Shown here one piece after another: positions 59,328-64,000 of a stretch of DNA of 64,000 nt. Source of the DNA: a virus. The stretch is taken from positions 26,320-90,319 of IMG/VR virus record IMGVR_UViG_3300024264_000015. One strand, written 5' to 3'. A program made the position numbers and the translations under genes. Position 1 is the stretch's first letter. Each line of letters starts with the position of its first letter. Under the pieces are notes generated by a model. That model had not been told where the DNA came from. It was given only the letters and a program-made list of their open reading frames with translations, and searched no databases.

Positions 59328-60038
59328 CTATACTTCTAGTAAATCGTTTGAAATGTGGTCGTTATGTTTTGTTGGAATATATGGCCACTTCATATACTCC
59401 CATGCAACACTATATCTATAGTCTCGACTTTTATTCTCATAGCACCCATGTATTAGATTAGGATGAAAAAATACTGCAAAAGGTTCGTTTAGTTCTAAAT
59501 CTATAATTTCTGCATTAGCTTTAAGGTCTATCCACTTAATCCATTCTTGATGCGATTGCTTATTATGATTAAGTATACCTTGTTTATGAGATTCTTTTAC
59601 TATTCGTAAGCACCCACTTTCTTTTGTTGCTCCATTTACAAAAACATCACAACTTATTAGCTTATCTGGATGTGCTTCAATATAATAGTTGTCTTGATGC
59701 CAACTTACTGACCTTCCTTCTCGTGGAATCATTGGAAAAAACTTAGATATATAAGTACTTAAGTGATTTGTTCGTAGTAATGCTCTTGCTACTTTTAATA
59801 ACTTAGGATTTCTACCTAATTTTTTAAAAGTTTCATTATATTTCATCGCTCCTTGTAACACCATAGGGTTATACGGAGTGTTCATTAGCCAATTTTCTTG
59901 TGTATGCGCCGAAATAGTCTTTGCATATCTAGTCAAAGTGTTACATGTGCGGTTGAGCTCTTCATGTTCCTCTTTACTTAGAAAGTTTTTTACTATTAAA
60001 TAACCTTTTTTACGAAATTGACTAATGTCATAGTTCAC
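59328..60038 (-). CDS. PhyH-family 2OG-Fe(II) dioxygenase
   Basis: GYLIVKNFLS, WHQD, GCLRIVKESH, LIHG, R.SV. Confidence 0.85.
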   Translation of the reverse strand: MNYDISQFRKKGYLIVKNFLSKEEHEELNRTCNTLTRYAKTISAHTQENWLMNTPYNPMVLQGAMKYNETFKKLGRNPKLLKVARALLRTNHLSTYISKFFPMIPREGRSVSWHQDNYYIEAHPDKLISCDVFVNGATKESGCLRIVKESHKQGILNHNKQSHQEWIKWIDLKANAEIIDLELNEPFAVFFHPNLIHGCYENKSRDYRYSVAWEYMKWPYIPTKHNDHISNDLLEV

Positions 60039-60041
60039 TTT

Positions 60042-60335
60042 TTACCATTTTACCTTATTTGCCCAATAAGCTGCGGACATTTTGCCTCTAGCTATATTTT
60101 TAGCGTGACGAGCTTTGAAACTTTTACGCTTCATCTTCATTCTACGTGACTCTCCTGCTTTAGGTTTGCCTGCAGTCTTAGCTCCTTTCTGTCCAAATCT
60201 TATTGTTTTGATTTTACCACCCACCTTTGCCACAACTATATGTGATTTAGTTCTGTGACCTGGTGTTCTTTTTGGTTTATTAAAACCTGAGACTCCTGCT
60301 CTTTTTAATCTAGGGTCTCTCTTACGCTTAGGCAT
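60042..60335 (-). CDS. small highly basic protein
   Basis: NKPKRTPGHRTKSHIVVAK...IRFGQKG...RKSFKARH...SAAYWANKVKW. Confidence 0.75.
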   Translation of the reverse strand: MPKRKRDPRLKRAGVSGFNKPKRTPGHRTKSHIVVAKVGGKIKTIRFGQKGAKTAGKPKAGESRRMKMKRKSFKARHAKNIARGKMSAAYWANKVKW

Positions 60336-60337
60336 TT

Positions 60338-60601
60338 CTACCTCCTACGTAATATTCTGCTATGTCCTTTTTTACTGAATCTAGCTTTTTTAGGATTCTT
60401 TGTTTTTCCGAATCTAGGACCAACAGCTTTTGCTGCAGATGCGTATCTCATTGCTTCCATACTTCCTGCTTTTCTGCTATTTACAGTAGCTCCTGCTGCT
60501 GCATTCATGTCTCTAGTAACTCCTCTTTTAAGTCTGTGTTTACGGATTTTCTGTGTGCTGTGAACACCAGTAGGTCCGCTTAAAAAACCGCCTCTAGCCA
60601 T
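60338..60601 (-). CDS. small highly basic protein
   Basis: 87 aa, K/R-rich, GGAG SD. Confidence 0.65.
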   Translation of the reverse strand: MARGGFLSGPTGVHSTQKIRKHRLKRGVTRDMNAAAGATVNSRKAGSMEAMRYASAAKAVGPRFGKTKNPKKARFSKKGHSRILRRR

Positions 60602-60602
60602 T

Positions 60603-60743
60603 TTATTCTCCTACAAGCTTTTTTAATTGCTCGTCTCGAAAGACGCATCTGTTCATTGATGCATAATCTTTCAGTTTCTTTAAATTTGTTAACTTCTGTC
60701 TTGATTCTATTATTAACGATGCTACTGCTTTCTCTATACCCAT
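60603..60743 (-). CDS. 46-aa hypothetical protein (not in track)
   Basis: MGIEKAVASLIIESRQKLTNLKKLKDYASMNRCVFRDEQLKKLVGE*; fills the gap; may start further upstream. Confidence 0.45.
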   Translation of the reverse strand: MGIEKAVASLIIESRQKLTNLKKLKDYASMNRCVFRDEQLKKLVGE

Positions 60744-60790
60744 AAGGTTATAAGCTAGTTCTAGTTTGTGGTCTAGCTGCTTAATGGAGA

Positions 60791-61084
60791 TTATCTTCTT
60801 TTTCTTCGTGTAGTTTTTCGTTTTTTGCCTCTCTTTGCATATGTGCGAACGTTGGTAGGTCTTCCTCCAACGCCTTGTGCTACTTTTCTTTTTCTTCTTA
60901 CTGCTGAACGTTTTTGAGCTTTACTCATAGTTCTAGCACGAGCTAAAGGAACACATTTAGGATAGCCTTTTCTTGATGTTTTAGCCTTCCCTCTTCCACA
61001 AGGTTGATATCTGCCTTTCTTTTTTGGTCTTCCAATATCTACCCATTTTTCTTTAAACCATTTTTTAAGTCCGGTACTAGCCAC
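60791..61084 (-). CDS. small basic protein (DUF5872-like)
   Basis: LKKWFKEKWVDI...CGR...YPKCVP...SAVRRKR. Confidence 0.7.
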   Translation of the reverse strand: MASTGLKKWFKEKWVDIGRPKKKGRYQPCGRGKAKTSRKGYPKCVPLARARTMSKAQKRSAVRRKRKVAQGVGGRPTNVRTYAKRGKKRKTTRRKRR

Positions 61085-61268
61085 GTCTGTACCTCCCGCC
61101 TCTTTTCTTGTATTCTCTAACTAACCATGCATTTGCATATGCGCTAGGATATACTGCGAACTTTCTTTTTGTTGCTGCTTTTACTCTTGCATAGAGTTTT
61201 TTATTAGTAGGTAAATTACGTGATTTTCTTGCTACCTTCCTTCTTGATTTTTTCCTACGTGCTGCCAT
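61077..61268 (-). CDS. small basic protein (DUF5872-like)
   Basis: PTNKKLYARVK...YPSAYANAWLVREYKKRGGRY; ATG at 61268 preferred. Confidence 0.7.
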   Translation of the reverse strand: MAARRKKSRRKVARKSRNLPTNKKLYARVKAATKRKFAVYPSAYANAWLVREYKKRGGRYRRG

Positions 61269-61329
61269 AATTAAAGTGTAGAGTCCCCCACTCATTGACT
61301 GAAGAAGAGAACTCTAACTGGGTATTAAC

Positions 61330-61506
61330 CTACTTGTCCTTGGCTTTCCACACGTTTAATGCGCACCAGTCCATAATCATATAAAGTTTTTTCATCAAAC
61401 CGTCATCAATTGGTGTCGGTGTGACAGCTGCTACAAAAGAGCAGATTGTTACAATTACGGGGACAACTGATATTAATTTTCCTACTAATAAGAAAAAATC
61501 TATCAT
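61330..61506 (-). CDS. 58-aa membrane protein, holin-like (not in track)
   Basis: MIDFFLLVGKLISVVPVIVTICSFVAAVTPTPIDDGLMKKLYMIMDWCALNVWKAKDK*; strong GAGGAG SD. Confidence 0.7.
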   Translation of the reverse strand: MIDFFLLVGKLISVVPVIVTICSFVAAVTPTPIDDGLMKKLYMIMDWCALNVWKAKDK

Positions 61507-61555
61507 ATTTCTCTCCTCAGTCCTTTCCGCTCTTACGAGCTAGACTGCTTAACCA

Positions 61556-61744
61556 CTATTTATAAGAGCCTTCGCTAAGGTTAACTCCATCGCCGTTGTG
61601 GTCACTACTCGGCTTAAATTGTGTGATTTCTTTTGCAGTTTTTCTTTCTGCTTCAATCATCTTATCTTTAATGTCGACTTTACCGTCTCCATTTAAGTCA
61701 TTGGGGTCTACCCCCTTTAATATATTCCAAATTCTTTTAAACAT
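61556..61744 (-). CDS. small protein with an EF-hand/dockerin-like Ca-binding loop
   Basis: DLNGDGKVDIKD, plus a partial second loop DHNGDG. Confidence 0.6.
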   Translation of the reverse strand: MFKRIWNILKGVDPNDLNGDGKVDIKDKMIEAERKTAKEITQFKPSSDHNGDGVNLSEGSYK

Positions 61745-61876
61745 AATGTTTCCTATTAGGGCGGAGCTGGGACCCCTTGATTTATTTCCGTGTCATGAAA
61801 TTTACTTCATGCAGTTTTGCTTAGTATAAGGTCACCCGCTCCTAAAAATTAATCACCTCCTCAGGTTAAACTTTGG

Positions 61877-61960
61877 TTACTTTTTCTTCTTCTTGCCTGT
61901 TTTCTTTTTCTTTTTGGGCCGTCCGACCCTGGAACCATAAGTTCCTTTTCCATATGGCAT
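61877..61960 (-). CDS. 27-aa Lys-rich AT-hook-like peptide (not in track)
   Basis: GGAG SD, then MPYGKGTYGSRVGRPKKKKKTGKKKKK*. Confidence 0.7.
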   Translation of the reverse strand: MPYGKGTYGSRVGRPKKKKKTGKKKKK

Positions 61961-61969
61961 TGCTTTCTC

Positions 61970-62131
61970 CTAAGTCCAACGAGGTGGCTCGTCTGGACAC
62001 TCAGCCCATCTTAATTTAGTTTTGAGGGGCATAAAACATTTACATATTGTACAAGTTTTCCAAAACTTACTATATTTTGGACACTTCTTACAAATCTTTA
62101 GTCGCTCTTCAGGCGACTTCTTTCGGTTCAT
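61970..62131 (-). CDS. 53-aa Cys-rich protein (DUF6171-like; not in track)
   Basis: ERLKICKKCP...CTICKCFMPLKTKLRWAECP...W. Confidence 0.7.
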   Translation of the reverse strand: MNRKKSPEERLKICKKCPKYSKFWKTCTICKCFMPLKTKLRWAECPDEPPRWT

Positions 62132-62286
62132 GTTCTATCGCGTCTGTTTTTGTTGTGTTTTCTACGTTGTAGATTCTTTTTTCTAGCAAAGAGTTTTTTT
62201 AGTCTAGCAGATTGTGGAGTTTCTCCGTGTTCTTCTTCTGATTTTTCTACTGCTTTTTTTAATTTTTCTTCTATCTGATTAGCCAT
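62128..62286 (-). CDS. 52-aa protein with a basic C-terminus (not in track)
   Basis: MANQIEEKLKK...RLKKLFARKKNLQRRKHNKNRRDRT*; ATGA-coupled to the next gene. Confidence 0.6.
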   Translation of the reverse strand: MANQIEEKLKKAVEKSEEEHGETPQSARLKKLFARKKNLQRRKHNKNRRDRT

Positions 62287-62458
62287 TAATAAACTTCCAT
62301 GCTTCTTCTTCTGATTTATATTGTGTTAAGGCATTTTGGTCATCTCTTACACACCACACACCTCTTTTAAGAAACATCTTCCACCCTTCAGGTAAAGCTT
62401 TTTCTGCTTTAGCTTTTGGTGACTTAGATATATCTTTTTTGTTATATTCCATTTCCAT
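62279..62458 (-). CDS. 59-aa hypothetical protein (not in track)
   Basis: GGAG SD; MEMEYNKKD...GWKMFLKRGVWCVRD...EEEAWKFING*. Confidence 0.6.
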   Translation of the reverse strand: MEMEYNKKDISKSPKAKAEKALPEGWKMFLKRGVWCVRDDQNALTQYKSEEEAWKFING

Positions 62459-62467
62459 TGTTTTCTC

Positions 62468-62695
62468 CTAGTGCATTGTCATCATTGTTCCAACAATGCC
62501 CATTAAGGATACAAGTAAAAAACCTGCGCATCCTAATAATATAGATTCTAATCTAGAAACTTGTCCTTCGATTCCATTGAATCTGTCCGAAGCTCCTTTT
62601 TCCATAGATTCTATTTTGTTAAATATCGTCTTCCATCGTTCTGCACAGATAGCTTCGTGTTTCTCTAAGTTGGCAGCTACCTGCTCGATTTCCAT
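62468..62695 (-). CDS. coiled-coil protein with a C-terminal TM helix (XhlA/holin-like)
   Basis: HEAICAERW...RLESILLGCAGFLLVSLMGIVG. Confidence 0.65.
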   Translation of the reverse strand: MEIEQVAANLEKHEAICAERWKTIFNKIESMEKGASDRFNGIEGQVSRLESILLGCAGFLLVSLMGIVGTMMTMH

Positions 62696-62740
62696 GTTAG
62701 TCCCCTTTAAGTCTTTGTGGATATTTCCACATTTATAAAA

Positions 62741-62769
62741 ATTATATCAAAATATCAACAAGATGTCAA
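62741..62769 (-). promoter_or_regulatory. sigma70 promoter for the microprotein/terminase operon
   Basis: Minus strand TTGACA-17 bp-TATAAT with TG extension. Confidence 0.85.
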
Positions 62770-62772
62770 GTA

Positions 62773-64000
62773 TTATTTTCGTATGGTATAGATTTTTACT
62801 GGCTCCGACTTGCCTTTTACAGTTACCTCGTCAAGAAACTCGTACTCATAACCATCTACTAAACTGTGTTCGGATATGATTAAATCCGCATCGTAGTCTT
62901 TACAACTAGATTCTAGCCTAGCAGCCAGATTAACCGCATCACCAAGAACACTGTAATCGAAGCGAGTACTAGAGCCAAAATTTCCAACCACACACGGACC
63001 TGAATTAATCCCAGCACCCGTATTAATTTGGTCAAGGCCTTCCTCTGCAAGTGTTTCATTTAATTCCTCCAAGGCTATTCTCATTTCAATAGCCGCTTTT
63101 GTTGCATTCTCTATATGGTTTTCGTCAGGTAACGGTGCTCCCCAAAATGCCATGATGCAATCTCCCATGTATTTATCTATCGTGCCTCCATGCTTGAGAA
63201 TAATCTCAGTCTGATTGTCGAGAAAACGATTAATGAGTCTGGTAAGACCTTGTGGGTCTTTCTGGTATTTTTCAGAGATGGGAGTAAATCCTCTTATATC
63301 CGAAAAAAGAAAAGTTAGTTGTTCCGTGAACCCACCCAATCTCAGTAATGATGGGTCTTCCTGTAATTTTTTTACTAAGTCGGGGCTTACGTACGTCCCG
63401 AATTGTTGTTTGATTCGAAGTTTCTGACGATACTCGGAAAGGAAACTCAGGAATGTATGATACCCCCAGTACAGAATCGAGATAAGAATAATGCCTGTGA
63501 CGTCAAACAAGTAAGAAGATTGATATAAATACCAGGCTCCGTATATTGACCCACCAACTATTAATAACAGTGAGGGCAACGAGAACCATATGGATCTTGT
63601 TGCAAATGCAAGGGATAGTAGGACGAGTATTGCTGCTGCGAGCTCTGCTCCGAGTACCCAAGTAGGTATAGAAGGAGCAGTCCCTGTAATAAGATTATGA
63701 AGAATGTTAGCTTGTATTTCATGTGGGTACTTCGCCCCCGCAGGGGTCGGCACAGGGTTTGTTACACCCTCTGCAGTAGTGCCGAAGATAATGAATGGAG
63801 CTTCTATAGGATTCTTTAGAAACTCCAATCCTGTTTGTTTGTAAAACTTCGTATTCCAGTTTAAAAAGATACGACCATTCGCATCTGTATTCATTAAAGG
63901 GTAGTTTGGTATTCTAACCCATTGCACGCCTTCTGGTGTTGTTTTTAGCTGGTACGAAGGATCGCTTACTGCGACTCTTAAGAGTTCCAAGGCGAAACTC
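62773..64000 (-). CDS. membrane class III adenylate cyclase (CHASE2-3TM-CYC), 5' truncated by the window
   Basis: CHASE2 end PTPAG..YPHEIQANIL, three TM segments, FSDIRGFT, IDKYMGDCIMAFW, FDYSVLGDAVNLAARLES. Confidence 0.9.
   Translation of the reverse strand, partial: SFALELLRVAVSDPSYQLKTTPEGVQWVRIPNYPLMNTDANGRIFLNWNTKFYKQTGLEFLKNPIEAPFIIFGTTAEGVTNPVPTPAGAKYPHEIQANILHNLITGTAPSIPTWVLGAELAAAILVLLSLAFATRSIWFSLPSLLLIVGGSIYGAWYLYQSSYLFDVTGIILISILYWGYHTFLSFLSEYRQKLRIKQQFGTYVSPDLVKKLQEDPSLLRLGGFTEQLTFLFSDIRGFTPISEKYQKDPQGLTRLINRFLDNQTEIILKHGGTIDKYMGDCIMAFWGAPLPDENHIENATKAAIEMRIALEELNETLAEEGLDQINTGAGINSGPCVVGNFGSSTRFDYSVLGDAVNLAARLESSCKDYDADLIISEHSLVDGYEYEFLDEVTVKGKSEPVKIYTIRK

Noticed and set aside
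61780-61866. Hammerhead ribozyme (CUGAGGA...GAAA on the minus strand)
   Set aside because: The stem II closing pair and stems I/III could not be built around the core.
1-64000. tRNA/rRNA genes, introns, inteins, IS elements
   Set aside because: None were recognised. Intergenic gaps are short, and pol, nrdAB, helicase and terL are uninterrupted and of normal length. A tRNAscan/Infernal run would be needed to be certain.

Overview
This window is a 64-kb piece of an AT-rich, T5-like (Demerecviridae-type) siphophage genome, probably aquatic or marine (inferred from the accessory genes). The + strand (1-20273) carries the T5-order replication module: primase, PolA, D10 helicase, D11-D15 and nrdAB. 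It is interspersed with accessory genes: a 2OG oxygenase, an AsnB-like amidotransferase, a cytidylyltransferase, AhpC, glutaredoxin and glycosyltransferases. The - strand (64000-20259) carries a CHASE2 adenylate cyclase, a cluster of tiny basic proteins, TerL, HNH, portal, a protease-MCP fusion, head and tail completion genes, TTP, frameshifted tail chaperones, TMP, a lambda-like M-L-K-I-J tail tip and many fibre genes. The standout is the 1138-aa Thr-rich protein at 22283-25699, which is a protein-level 'reverse complement' of itself. Residues 68-546 and 609-1087 are built from 4- and 6-residue units whose spacing mirrors exactly (i+j=1155). Aromatic residues on one arm face Arg/Lys/Gln on the other at 90 of 97 key positions. 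This predicts a giant self-zipping antiparallel beta-hairpin fibre with an aromatic tip, encoded next to a five-gene glycosyltransferase cluster. All calls come from motif reading, gene order and hand counting; no database searches were run.
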